Shown piece by piece: positions 41,701-53,301 of a stretch of DNA of 64,000 nt. The stretch covers positions 256,001-320,000 of the forward strand of contig CAVPCQ010000011.1 of NCBI GenBank assembly GCA_963702425.1, written 5' to 3'. A model generated the notes under the pieces. It did not search any database. It saw only the letters and a list, made by a program, of their open reading frames with translations, and was not told the DNA's origin. Each line of letters begins with the position of its first letter. Within the stretch, counting starts at the first letter, position 1. Source of the DNA: an uncultured Acidobacteriota bacterium (GTDB lineage: Bacteria > Acidobacteriota > Polarisedimenticolia > J045). Position numbers and translations under genes: made by a program.

Positions 41701-42473
41701 ATGGACCAGGACCGCCGCGCGTTCCTGACGGACGCCGGCACGCTGCTCGTGCTCACCGGCGCCGCGGCCATCGCGTGGGACCACGTCGCTCGCCGGGCGC
41801 CCCGGAGGCGGCCCCGAACTACACGCTCACCGATCACTGGTGGGGGATGATCGATCGACATCGAGAAGTGCATCGGCTGCGGCAACTGCGTGCGCGCCTG
41901 CAAGGCCGAGAACGACGTGCCGCTCGAGCCCGGGCTGCTTCCGCACCTGGGTCGAGCGCTACCAGGTCGATCCCGCCGACCTGCGAGCACCCGCGTCGTC
42001 GATTCGCCCGACGGCGGCGTACGACGGGTTCCCCGAGATCGACGGCCCGATCGAGACGCTGAAGATCTTCTTCGTGCCGAAGCTGTGCAACCACTGCGCG
42101 CACTCGCCCTGCGTGCAGGTGTGCCCGGTCGGGGCGACCTTCGAGAGCCCCGGACGGCGTGGTGCTGGTCGACAAGCGCTAGTGCCTCGGCTGCCGCTAC
42201 TGCGTGCAGGCGTGCCCGTACGGCTGCCGCTACATCGACCCGCGCACGCACACGGTGGACAAGTGCTCGCTCTGCTACCACCGCATCACCAGGGGCCTGA
42301 CCACCGCGTGCTGCGAGACGTGCCCGACCGGCGCGCGGCAGCTGGTCGACCTGAAGAACCCGAAGGACCCGGTGCACGAGTTCCTGCGCACGCACAAGGT
42401 GCAGGTGCTGAAGCCGCAGATGGCCACGGGCTCGAAGGTGTACTACAACGGCCTCGACGGCGCGGTCCGCTAG
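41701..42473 (+). CDS. 4Fe-4S dicluster protein, NrfC/DsrO-like, with Tat signal (frameshifted)
   Basis: DRRAFL, CIGCGNCVRAC, CNHCAHSPCVQVCP, CLGCRYCVQACP and KCSLC...CCETCP. Confidence 0.9.
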
Positions 42474-42487
42474 GAGGAGACGCAGCC

Positions 42488-43668
42488 ATGCACGGCGTCG
42501 AAGGCTTCATCTATCCCAACGAGGTCGAGCTCCAGTGGAGCGTGCTCATCGTCCTGTACCCGTTCATCACGGGGCTGGTCGCGGGCGCCTTCATCCTGGC
42601 GTCGCTCGAGCGCGTGTTCAACGTCGCGGCGGTGAAGCCGACCTACCGGCTGGCGCTGCTCACCGCCCTCGCGTTCCTGCTCGTGGCGCCGCTGCCGCTG
42701 CAGCTGCACCTCGGCCACCCCGAGCGCTCCTTCGCGATGTACCTGACGCCGCACACGCGAGTCGGCGATGGCGATGTTCGGCTTCGTCTACCTCTGGTAC
42801 CTGATGGTGGTCCTGCGTGCTCGAGATCTGGTTCGACTACCGGAAGGAGATCGTGCTGACCTGGCGGGCGAGCACGGGCGCTGAAGCGGCTGTTCTACGG
42901 CGTGCTGACGCTCGGCTCGGACAACATCAGCGAGCGGGCGCTGCGAGGTCGACGACCAGCGTCGGGCGCATCCTCACGGTCGTCGGCATCCCGTCGGCCT
43001 TCCTGCTGCACGGGTACGTCGGCTTCATCTTCGGGTCGATCAAGGCGAACCCCTGGTGGTCGACGCCGCTGATGCCGATCGTCTTCCTGTTCTCGGCCAT
43101 CGTGTCGGGCATCGCGCGGTGATGCTGCTGTACATGGTCACGTCGCTGGCTGCGGCGGGTCGCCGGTCGACATGACGTGCCTGGACACGATCGCCCGGTA
43201 CCTGTTCTACGCGTTCGTCGATCGACTTCTCGCTCGAGATGCTCGACCTGATCCACCGGATCTACGAGGCCGACGAGTCGTTCCAGCGCGCTGGACTTCA
43301 TGGTGAAGACGCGGCTCTTCACGTCGCAGATCGTCCTCCAGATCGTCCTCGGGACGCTGGTGCCGCTCGGCCTGCTGGCGCTCGACGCAGGTGGTGCGGC
43401 TCGCGCGAGCGCACGCGGCGCGCGATCTACGTCGTCGCGGGCGTGCTGACGATGGTCGGCATCTTCGCGATGCGCTGGAACGTCGTCATCGGCGGGCAGC
43501 TGTTCTCGAAGAGCTTCCTCGGCTACACGACCTACAAGATGGAGTTCGCCACGCGCGAAGGGCTGCTGCCGGCGATCGTGCTGATGATCCTGCCGTTCGT
43601 GATTCTCTGCGTGCTGGTCCGGCTGCTGCCGCCGTGGACCGACACGCAAGGAAGCGGAGCAGCATTGA
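42488..43668 (+). CDS. NrfD/PsrC-family membrane quinol-interacting subunit (frameshifted)
   Basis: WSVLIVLYPFITGLVAG, HLGHPER, HGYVGFIF, WSTPLMP and RWNVVIGGQ motifs. Confidence 0.88.
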
Positions 43669-43682
43669 GCGAGGAGGCGACC

Positions 43683-45417
43683 ATGGCCACCGACGACGGC
43701 ACGCTCGACACCCGGCTGCGGCAACTCGAAGACGGTAGCCGACATGGACCGGCGGCTGCGCGCGCTGGAACTGGCGAGCGCGGCCGCCGCCGAGGCGACA
43801 GCCGCTGGCCGCGGACACGGCGATCGCGGCGCGGCGCACGGCGGTCGACGTCGACGCCGCGATGGTGCTGCCGCTGGTCGGACGCACCTTCATGGTGTTC
43901 GGCGGGGCGTTCCTGCTCCGGGCGCTCACGGACTCGGGCAAGCCTGCCGCGCGAGCGCGGGCGTCGCGCTGGCGCTCCTCTACGCCGTCGGCCTGGCTGG
44001 TCGCGCGCCGACGTCGGCGCGCGGCAGCGGCGCCTGAGCGCGGCCTTCCACGGCGCGGCGGCCGTCGTCATCGGTGTGCCGCTCCTGATCGAGGCCACGA
44101 CCCGGTTCGCGTTGCTCGAGCCCTGCGTCGAGCGCGGCGGCCCTCGCGGGGTTCTCAGGGCTGGCGCTGCTCGTGTCGTGGCGTCGCGACCTGCACGCCT
44201 GGCGGCCGTGGCCACGCTGGTGGCGCTCGGGCGGCGGTGATCCTGGTCGGGCGCGACCGGCGCGTTCGTGCCCTACAGCGTCGTGCTGGTCGCCCTCGGC
44301 GTGGCGACGCTGTGGCTCGGGTACGACAGGGACTGGTACTGGCTGCGTTGGGTCACCGCCCTGGTAGCGGATGTCGCGATGATCGGCTTGACGACGAGAG
44401 CGATCAGCCCGCAGCGCTTCGAGGCGGCGTTGCCGGTGGTCGTGGTGCAACTGCTGCTCGTGGGGTTGTATCTCGGGTCGTTCGCCGCGCGGACGCTCTG
44501 GAAGGGCCGGGTGCTGGTGCCGTTCGAAGTGGCGCAGACCGTGGCCGCGCTCGCGGTCGGGCTCGGCGGGGCACTCGCGGTTGCGCGTGCCAGCGGGGCG
44601 GGCGTGACGAGCCTGGGGCTGGGAAGCCTGGTGCTTCGGCGCGGGCGCCTACGCGGTGGCCTTCGCCTTCGTCGGGCGCCGCCAGGGGCTCGGCGCGAAC
44701 TTCTACTTCTACGCGACGCTCGCGCTGCTGCTGACCTCGATTGGCACCACGATCCTGCTAGGGGCCACGCCGCTTCAGTACAGCCTGGCCCTCGGGGTGC
44801 TGGCGGTGTCCACCGTCTGGCTGGGGCAGCGGTTCTCGCGCAGTGCGCTCACGTTCCACGGAGCGGTCTACTGCGTGACCGCCGCCATCGCCTCGGGCCT
44901 GTTGGCCTCCGATGCAACACTGCTGGCAGGGAAGGCCGCCACGCTCTGGCCCGGCATGACGGCCGCGGCGTGGGCCGCGTTCGCGGCGGCCGCCTTGTGC
45001 GTCCTCATCTCGCCGTCCTCGCGCGGCGGGGGCCTGACGGCTGTCGCGGCGCTCCCGCGGATGGTGTTTGCGGTCCTCACGGTGTTGGCCGCGTGCGGTG
45101 CCGCGCTCCTGGCGATTGGACCCTCGCTCGCGGGCACGCCACCGGACGCCGGCATGCTGGCCACTGTCCGGACGGGGTTGCTCGCGGTCGCGGCGGTCGG
45201 GCTTGCCGCGTGCACCCGCGTCGAACGATGGTCCGAGTTCCGGTGGCTGGTGTACCCCGTGCTGGCGCTCGGAGCGCTGAAACTGCTGTTCGAGGACATG
45301 CGTCTGTCCCAACCGGCCACGCTCTTCGTCGCCCTGGCGCTGTTGGGAGCATCCCTGGTATTGTCCCCGCGCCTCGTGCGCCGCACAGGCCCTGTCGCGG
45401 AAACCCAGGCCGAATAG
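43683..45417 (+). CDS. Polytopic membrane protein of unknown function (DUF2339-like, frameshifted)
   Basis: SD GAGGAGG, N-terminal coiled coil (LDTRLRQLE), many TMs and C-terminal KLLFEDM motif. Confidence 0.6.
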
Positions 45418-45463
45418 CCATCGCTTTCGTGCGTGCGCGCCATGCGTCTGCTACCCTTGCGCC

Positions 45464-45505
45464 TGGCTCGTGGCTCGTGGCTCGGGTCGCCGGCTCCCGG
45501 TCGCT
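45464..45505. repeat. Intergenic heptamer tandem array (TGGCTCG x3 plus degenerate units)
   Basis: Read directly from the sequence. Confidence 0.65.
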
Positions 45506-45512
45506 GCCCCAG

Positions 45513-46559
45513 ATGACCTCTGACACGTCGTCTTCCGTTCCCCTCACCCGATTCGCCTGGCTGTCGATCGCGGCGGCCCTCGTCACGATCGCGCTCAAGG
45601 CTGTCGCGTACGCGCTGACGGGCTCGGTGGGGTTGCTCTCCGACGCACTGGAGTCGGTCGTCAACCTCGTGGGCGCCATCGTGGCGCTGGCCATGCTGAC
45701 GGTCGCGGCGCGCCCCGCCGACGAGGACCATGCCTACGGGCACAGCAAGGCGGAGTACTTCTCGAGCGGCGTCGAAGGCACGCTCATCGTCGTCGCCGCC
45801 TTCACCATCGCGTACACCGCCATCGGGCGTCTCCTCGCCCCAAAGCCGCTGGAGCAACTGGGCGTCGGGCTGGCCGTCTCGCTCGCCGCGTCCCTGGTGA
45901 ACCTCGGCGTCGCCCTCGTGCTGTTGAAGGCCAGTCGACGGCACAACTCCGTGACGCTCGACGCCAACGCGCATCACCTGCTGACGGACGTCTGGACGTC
46001 AGTGGGTGTGCTCGCCGGCGTCGGTCTGGTGGGGCTCACCGGATGGAACGCGCTCGACGCGGTCGTGGCGTTGATTGTCGCCGCGAACATCGTCTGGACC
46101 GGCACGACGATTGTTCGCAAGTCCGTGCTCGGCCTGATGGACACCGCGCTTCCCCCGGACGAACGGCAGGCGCTGCGCGGGGCCCTCGAGCCGCACCTGA
46201 AGGACGGCGTGGACTACCACGCGCTGCGAAGCCGGCAGTCAGGCGCGAGGCGTTTCGTCTCGCTGCACGTCCTCGTCCCCGGCGAGTGGACGGTGCAGCG
46301 GGGGCATGACCTCCTGGAGCGCATCGAGGCCGATATCCGGGGGGCCCTGCCGCAGGTGACGGTCTTCACCCACCTCGAGTCGCTGGACGATCCCTCTTCC
46401 TGGGACGACGTCACGCTGGATCGGCGCGAGGGAGCCGGCTCGAAGCCCCGCCCGGCCGGGACGTCCGGGCCGGCGACTCGACGGCGCCGGCTGTCCCCGC
46501 CTGAACACGCGGCGCCGAACGCGACCCGACCCGAAGGAACGATTGACTCGCGCCGGTGA
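45513..46559 (+). CDS. Cation diffusion facilitator (FieF-like)
   Basis: GSVGLLSDALES, HAYGHSKAE, HLLTD and HDLLERIE...THLE motifs. Confidence 0.9.
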   Translation: MTSDTSSSVPLTRFAWLSIAAALVTIALKAVAYALTGSVGLLSDALESVVNLVGAIVALAMLTVAARPADEDHAYGHSKAEYFSSGVEGTLIVVAAFTIAYTAIGRLLAPKPLEQLGVGLAVSLAASLVNLGVALVLLKASRRHNSVTLDANAHHLLTDVWTSVGVLAGVGLVGLTGWNALDAVVALIVAANIVWTGTTIVRKSVLGLMDTALPPDERQALRGALEPHLKDGVDYHALRSRQSGARRFVSLHVLVPGEWTVQRGHDLLERIEADIRGALPQVTVFTHLESLDDPSSWDDVTLDRREGAGSKPRPAGTSGPATRRRRLSPPEHAAPNATRPEGTIDSRR

Positions 46560-46578
46560 CGATCCCTACCCTGACACC

Positions 46579-48317
46579 GTGACCGGACACGCTCCCTTGC
46601 TCACCGACGTCCAGCGGGCAGTGCTCGCCGACGAACGATCGCTCCTGACCGACCTTCGCGTGGCGCTCGCGCGGCTCGGCGCAGACGACCACGCGCAGGC
46701 GACGCTCGCGCTGTCCCTCCGACAGCTCGACGAGCTGTTCCTGCTGGTTGTCGTGGGCGAGTTCAACGCCGGCAAGAGCGCCTTCGTCAATGCCCTGATT
46801 GGCGAGGACGTGTTGCCGGAAGGGGTGACACCGACCACGGCCCGCATCACGGTCGTACGCCACGGCGCCGCCACCGCCACGCAGGTGACGCCCGACGGGG
46901 TGGCCGGCGTCACCGCGCCGGTCGACTTCCTGCGCGAGGTGCACGTCGTCGACACGCCCGGCACCAACGCGGTGCTGCGCGAACACGAGACTGGTGACCA
47001 CCGAGTTCGTGCCCCGCGCCGACCTCGTGCTCTCGATCACCTCGGCCGACCGGCCGTTCAGCGAGAGCGAGCGGCAGTTCCTCGAACGGGTGCGCGCCTG
47101 GGGCAAGAAGATCGTCTTCGTCGTCAACAAGATCGACATCCTGGAAGGCCCCGCGCAGGTCGACGAGGTGGTCGCGTTCGTCGCGGACAACGCCAGGGCG
47201 CTCCTCGGGGACTCGCCGACGGTCTTTCCCGTCAGCGTCCGCGTCGCGAAACAGGGGCGCGGCGACGCCGCCTCCTGGGACGCGAGCGGCATGGGAGCCG
47301 TGGGCCGGTTCATCTCGAACACGCTGGACGACTCCGAACGGGTGCGGCTGAAGTTGAGGAACCCGCTCGGCGTCGCGCAGCGCGTGTGCGAGACCCTGCG
47401 CAGCGACCTCGCGGCGCGGCTGTCGCTGCTGCACGACGACACGCAGTCGGTCGAGCAAATCGAACGCCAGCTCGACGCGTACAGCCACGGACATGACGCG
47501 GGACTTCGAGTTCCGCTGGGTCGACATCGAGAAGGTGCTCTTCGACATGGAGCGGCGGGGCCACGACCACTTCGACGAGAGCATCCGCCTGGGACGCATC
47601 AAGGATCTGCTCAACCGGACCAAGGTGAAGGACAGCTTCGAGCAGCACGTCGTCGCCGACGTGCCACAGCGGCTGGAAGCCAAGGTCCACGAACTGATCG
47701 ACTGGATGGTGAACGCCGACTTCCAGCAATGGCAGTCGATCACGCAGCGCCTCGCGGAACGCCGTGCCGCGCACGAGGACCGCCTGGGACACTCCGTCAC
47801 GCTCACCGGGTTTCACCAGGACCGGTCGCGCCTCGTCGAGTCCGTCGGGCGGGAAGCGCAGCGTGTCGTGCAGACCTACGACCACGCGAAGGAGGCCTCG
47901 GACCTGGCGGAGAAGGCGCGTGCGTCCGTCGCAACGTCGGCCGCGATCGAGGTCGGCGCAGCAGGCCTCGGTGCCGTGATTGCCGCAGTGGCCACCACGG
48001 CGTCTGCCGACGTGACCGGGTTGGCCATGGCCGGCGTCCTGGCCACGGTCGGGCTGCTGGTGATTCCTCACCGCCGCCGGCAGGCGAAGGAGGAGCTGCG
48101 GAAGAAGGTGACCGATCTCCGCGAGCGTCTCGAGCGCTCCCTGCGCTCCGCGTTCGACGATGAGCAGCAGCGGAGCATCGGCCGGCTGCGACAGAACATC
48201 GAGCCCTACGCGAGGTTCGTGCGCACGGAGTCGACGCACCTCGCGAGCGGTCGCGACGAGGTCGACGGGTATCTCACCCGCATGCGTCGACTCGAGGGGC
48301 GGATCGACGCGATGTAG
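46579..48317 (+). CDS. Dynamin-like GTPase, FZL/BDLP type (frameshifted)
   Basis: G1 GEFNAGKS, G2 GVTPTT, G3 DTPGTN, G4 NKID, and a C-terminal hydrophobic paddle. Confidence 0.88.
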
Positions 48318-48358
48318 CCGAGAGGGTGTGAGTCTCAGGCGCAGGTGAAGCCAGCGCC

Positions 48359-48828
48359 CTACGGGCACTCGCAGGGCGGGCAGCCGATGTCGAACACGAC
48401 CCGCCACTTCGCGTCGGCGTCGAGCCGCCACGTCGTGTTGAACGTGCCGACCCGCTTCCCGTCCGGGATCGCGAACGGGCCCGCTGGTCATGCCGAGCGT
48501 GCCGGACGCCAGCACTTCGCCGCGCTCGGGCTCCCAGGAGAACGGCGCCTTGGGTCCCTCGAAGTAGCGCTTCCAGCCCGCCGCGACCTCGGTCCGCCCC
48601 TTCAGCACGCGCGCCGACCCGAAGAAGACGCCTTCCTCGGCCACGAACCCCGCAAATGCCGCGTGGTCCCGGTCGGCCATGGTCTTGGCGAACGCTCGCT
48701 CGGCCGCAAGCAGGGCCTGCTGTCGTTGCTCGGGGGAGACCGGCGGCTGGGCCGCGCGGGCTGGCCTGAGACAGTGCCGCCGTGGGAACGGCCGCCGTGA
48801 GTCGAGCCAGCACGGTACGTCGGGTCAT
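48359..48828 (-). CDS. NTF2-like (DUF4440/YybH) protein with Tat-like leader (frameshifted)
   Basis: AERAFAKTMADRDHAAF, FSWEPE, W..VFDIGCP motifs. Confidence 0.75.
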
Positions 48829-48866
48829 GGGGGATACTCTCTCCGGCTATCGGCCGTCGCTAGAAC

Positions 48867-48908
48867 GCTCATAGCTCACGGCTCAAGCTCGATCGCTCGC
48901 AGCTCAAA
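48867..48908. repeat. Intergenic ~7-bp tandem array (GCTCnnn x6)
   Basis: gctcata gctcacg gctcaa gctcgatc gctcgca gctcaaa. Confidence 0.6.
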
Positions 48909-48927
48909 ACTCCCCACCACCCGTCAC

Positions 48928-49718
48928 TCAGTTCCCCAACGGCGCCCACAGCAGCCACAAGCCCGCCGCCACGCCGATCCCGATGATGGCGCGGCGCACG
49001 AACACTTGCGGCACCTTCTGCGCGATGCGCGAGGCGAGATAGCCGCCGGCCATCGCGCCGGCCGCCATCGTCAGGGCGACGTCCAGTCAACCAGCCCCGA
49101 GAAGGCGAACATCACCGCGGCGACCATGTTCATGCAGAAGCCGCCCCAGTTCTTGAGGCCGTTCATCCGGTGGATGTCGGTGAGGCCCAGGAAGCCCAGC
49201 ACGGCCAGCATCAGGATGCCGATGCCGGCGCCGAAGTAGCCGCCGTACACGCCGACCAGGAACTGGTAGATCAGGGCTGACACCGAGTGGCGCGGCACGA
49301 AGCTCCCGTCTCGGGACGCGGTCCGGCGCCGGCGCTCGCGCGCACGCGCCGCATCACCGGCCCTTGGATCGCGAACAGCGTCGTCGCACCCAGCACCAGC
49401 CACGGCACGATACGGCCGAAGCGGTCGGCCGGCGTCGACAGCAGGAGCAGTGCCCCGGTGATGCCGCCGAGCGTGCTGGGCACGGCGAAGATCAGCGCCC
49501 ACCGCTGGAGCCCTGCAGCCGGTCGCGGTAGCCCAGCATGCTGGTCAGCGCGCCGGGTGTCAGGGCCACCGTGCTTGTCGCGTTGGCCACGAGCGGAGGC
49601 ACCCGAGCGCCACGAGGGCCGGAAATGTCAGCAAGGTCCCTCCGCCCGCGATCGAGTTGACCGTCGCGCCGAGGGCCGCCACCACCGCAACCGCCACCAG
49701 CCTCAGTCCATCAGGCAC
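48928..49718 (-). CDS. Sulfite exporter TauE/SafE family, YfcA-like (frameshifted)
   Basis: [13 protein letters not shown] and [14 protein letters not shown] motifs. Confidence 0.85.
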
Positions 49719-49887
49719 GGGTGGATTATCCCCGATGCCACGCCTGCGGCGTTCGGCCCGGGCGTCACGCGGTGACAGGCCGGCCGGCCTGCGTGTCGCC
49801 GCGACTACACAACAACGGCCGGAGCGAGTGCCCCGGCCGTTGTCTTCCGCTGTCGTCGCCGGCATCGTGCCGGCTCGGCCACTCTCG

Positions 49888-50695
49888 CTACCTCGGCATG
49901 GGTTCGCCGAACGCCATGGCGACGGCCTGCCCGCCTTGACGATCTCGCCCCAGGCCGTCGTGCCCGGCGTCGAGAACCCCTGGAGCGCGGCCACCTTCGG
50001 CTGCATCTTGGCGATCTGCTGCACGAACCCCTTGGCTTCCGCTGACGCCGGCTTGCCATCCTTGAGCCGGGAGGCGAGGTCCTTGGCGATCTGCTCGAGC
50101 TGCTTCCCGTCGGCCTTCAAGCCGTCGCGGTCGGCCTGGGCGCGACAGTGTCCTTGGCCTTGCCGACCTCGTTCTCGAACTGCTTCGTCATGCGCCCAAC
50201 GGCTTCCAGCCGGCCGGCCATGTCCTTGTCGTTGATGCGGACGAACTGCGCGTCCAGCGATTCGAGGGGCCACGGGACTCCGTAGGCGGCGGCCAGGGAG
50301 CCGAGGCTGTTGCTCAGTGCGGTCCACTCCGACGCGGCGGCCGCGGCGCCGCGCTCGCGGTGCCGGCGCTCGACGTCATTTCCCTTGCGAAGGACCTGGG
50401 TCACTTCGGCGACTGCGGCGTTCTCGGGCTTGAACTTGTCCTTCAACTTGCCGATGTCGTCCTTGAAGCCCTTGAGGAACTGCTTCACGTCGATGGTGCC
50501 CGCCGCGCTCTTGATGACGGCGTCGTCCATGTTGACCTTCTCGAGGCCGTCCTTCCAGCGTTCGTAGTTCTTGTCCACCTGCTCGATGAGCGACTTCATC
50601 TGCTGGTCGGTCAGCCGCTCGGCGGCGGCGGCGATGCCGGGCACGAGCACGGCGAAGGCCCACAGTGCGGCGACGAAGATTCCCTTACGTTTCAT
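49888..50695 (-). CDS. Secreted all-helical hypothetical protein (frameshifted)
   Basis: SD GAGGGG, signal peptide ending AAA-AE, and Lys/Ala-rich helical repeats. Confidence 0.65.
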
Positions 50696-50735
50696 ATCGT
50701 TCTCCCCCTCCGAGAGAGTGCGGCGTCGACGGCTG

Positions 50736-51833
50736 TCAGGCGCAACTGACGAGTCTACCCGCTGATGAGCGGGTGTCCTCTCTCCCTTTGGTGCGACGGG
50801 GCGGGGCCGCAGCGGGGTCGACAGGCTCCCCGGACATCAGCCGATCGGCCAGCCAGGTCGTGCGCCGCCACATCGCCGCGGGCCAGCAGAGCGTCCAGCG
50901 GTTCCCGCGCCCAGTCCAGAGGACTCGCGCTGCTGGAGCGATGGCCAGGAGCCATCCTCCCGCCGTGGCACGTAGCGGCACCAGAAGCCGATGTGCCAGG
51001 CCAGGAAGTCCTTACCCGCGCGCGGCCGTGCTCGTCGTCTCCCCAGTGTTCCGTGGCCAGGGCGACGTAGCGCTGGTACATGGCCAGGCGATCATCGGCC
51101 GATAACGTCGCGCCACCCGTCGCGGGCCTCCCGAAAGAGGAAGGGATTGATCAGCGCCCCGCGTCCGACCATGACGCCCGCGCAGCCTGCGTGGGCGCGC
51201 AGTGCTCTCGACTTCGTGGGCCCAGAGGATGTCGCCGTTGCCGATCACCGGCACCGGCACCGCGGTCGCGACCTCGCCGATCGCGTCCCAGTCGGCCGCC
51301 GACCGGTACCGCGCCTCGCGCGTGCGCCCGTGCACGAACACGGCCTGCGCGCCGGCCTCGACGGCGGCGCGCGCCACCTCGACGTGGTTCCGCATCTTGT
51401 CGTTCCACCCGAGGCGGATCTTCACCGTGACGGGTACCGTGACGGCGCGGCTCATGGCCTCGACGATCCGCGCCACGCGGCTTGGCTGGCGTGCCAGCGC
51501 GGCGCCCATCCCCTTGCGCGTGAAGTGATCGATGGGGCAGCCGAGGTTCACGTCGACGAAGTCCGCCCCGCGGGCGGCCACCAGCGCCGCGGCCCACGCC
51601 ATCTCCTCCGGGTTCGTTCCGGCGAGCTGCACCGCGAAGGTGGGCTCGTCCGGCGCGCGGCGGATGAGGGCGAACTCCGACCGGCGCTTCTGCTTGAGCC
51701 GGCGCGCCACCACCATCTCGGACACCAGCACGCGCGCGCCGAACTCGACGCACAGGCGCCTGTACGGCAGGTTCGAACCCTTCGTCATCGGCGCGACGAC
51801 AATCGCGCCGTTCAACACATCGGTGAGGGCCAT
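50736..51833 (-). CDS. tRNA-dihydrouridine synthase family protein (frameshifted, 3' end approximate)
   Basis: APM, VQLAG, DVNLGCP, VTVKIRLG, VHGRT and IGNGDI motifs. Confidence 0.9.
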
Positions 51834-51966
51834 GCGGTGACAGCCTACCCCGTCTGCCCTGCCGCCCGCAGGTTCTTCCCGGGAGGGTGACCGCCCCGCG
51901 GCGCCTGCCGCCAGCGCCTGCGGTGTCGCGTCGACCAGCGCGCCAACCTCGTGTACCCTGCCACGC

Positions 51967-53301
51967 GTGCCCGAACAGCCCGGCCTCGCGCGGCGACTCA
52001 CCCTGTTCGACGCGACGATGATTGTGATGGGAGGCATCGTCGGGGCGGGCATCTTCATGAACCCGGCGGTCGTGGCCCAGGAGGTGACCTCGTCTGCCGC
52101 CATCCTCGGCGCGTGGCTGGCCGGTGGCGCGGTCGCCCTCGCGGGAGCGTTCATCTACGCGGAACTCGCGTCCCGCCGGCCGGCTGTCGGCGGGCAATAC
52201 GCCTACCTGCGTGAGGCGTTCCACCCGATGGTGGCGTTTCTCTACGGGTGGACGCTGCTGCTGGTGGTCCAAAGCGGAGGCATGGCGGCGGTGGCTATGA
52301 CCTTCGCGCGGTACTTCCGGGAGACCACGGCAATCCCGGCGTCCGACGGCGCCATCGCCGCGTGCACCCTGATGGCCCTCACGGCCGTGAACTGCCTTGG
52401 CGTGCGCGCCGGCAGCAACCTCCAGAGCACGTTCATGGTGCTGAAGATCGGCGCCGTCCTGATGCTGGTGGCCTGTGGGTGGTACGCCGTGCCGCTCGCC
52501 GGCCTGCGGGATGCCGGGGCGGCGGCTGGCGGACCGGGCGTGACCGTGGGCGGATTCGGGGGCGCGCTGGTTCCGGTGTTGTTCGCATACGGCGGCTGGC
52601 AGACGGCCAGCTTCATGGCGGGTGAACTCCGGTCGCCGCGCCGCGACCTTCCCCTCGGCCTGCTGATCGGCGTGGCGGGTGTCGTTGCCCTCTACCTGTC
52701 GGTGAACCTCGTGTGCCTTCGCGTGCTGGGGCCCGCAGGGCTGGCAGGGACGAAGACGCCAGCGACCGACGTGATGCGGGCAGCGCTCGGCGACACAGGG
52801 GCGCTCGTCATTGCAGCGGGCATCGCGATCTCCACCGTGGGGTTCCTCAGCCAGAGCCTGCTGACAGCGCCCCGTGTCTACTTTGCGATGGCGGCGGACG
52901 GGCTGTTCTTTCGCAGCGTGGCGCGCGTCGACCGCCGCACCCAGGCGCCCACCGTGGCCATCGTCCTGCAGGGCGTTCTTGCGACGGTCATCGCCCTGTC
53001 CGGCAGTTACGAGCGCGTCCTCGGCTACGTGGTGTCGATGGACTGGGTGTTCTTCGGGCTGACGGGGGCCGCCCTCCTCGTGCTGCGCCGGCGGGACGCG
53101 CGCGCGGGAGCGGACGAGACCGGGGTGTTTCACGTCCCAGCTCGGCAGGTGCCGACCGTGGCGTTCATCGCCGTCGCGTGCTTCATCGTCGTGAACACCA
53201 TCGACCGTTACCCGGCGAACACCCTCATCGGGTTCGTCCTGCTGGCCGCCGGCGTGCCGGTCTACTTTCTGTGGCGCCGGAACGCGCCAGAGGGCTCATG
53301 A
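51967..53301 (+). CDS. APC-family amino-acid permease
   Basis: GGIVGAGIF, YAEL, GGQYAYL, FAYGGW and APRVYFAMA motifs with about 12 TMs. Confidence 0.92.
   Translation: MPEQPGLARRLTLFDATMIVMGGIVGAGIFMNPAVVAQEVTSSAAILGAWLAGGAVALAGAFIYAELASRRPAVGGQYAYLREAFHPMVAFLYGWTLLLVVQSGGMAAVAMTFARYFRETTAIPASDGAIAACTLMALTAVNCLGVRAGSNLQSTFMVLKIGAVLMLVACGWYAVPLAGLRDAGAAAGGPGVTVGGFGGALVPVLFAYGGWQTASFMAGELRSPRRDLPLGLLIGVAGVVALYLSVNLVCLRVLGPAGLAGTKTPATDVMRAALGDTGALVIAAGIAISTVGFLSQSLLTAPRVYFAMAADGLFFRSVARVDRRTQAPTVAIVLQGVLATVIALSGSYERVLGYVVSMDWVFFGLTGAALLVLRRRDARAGADETGVFHVPARQVPTVAFIAVACFIVVNTIDRYPANTLIGFVLLAAGVPVYFLWRRNAPEGS

Noticed and set aside
42180-42182. In-frame TAG in the Fe-S protein (DKR*CLGC) as pyrrolysine or recoding
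   Set aside because: The position is normally an ordinary residue (TAC/TGG is one base away), the region is error-rich, and no pyl genes are seen.
44268-46559. 763-aa membrane protein-CDF fusion
   Set aside because: Frameshift artefact. The membrane gene stops at 45417 and the CDF has its own ATG at 45513.
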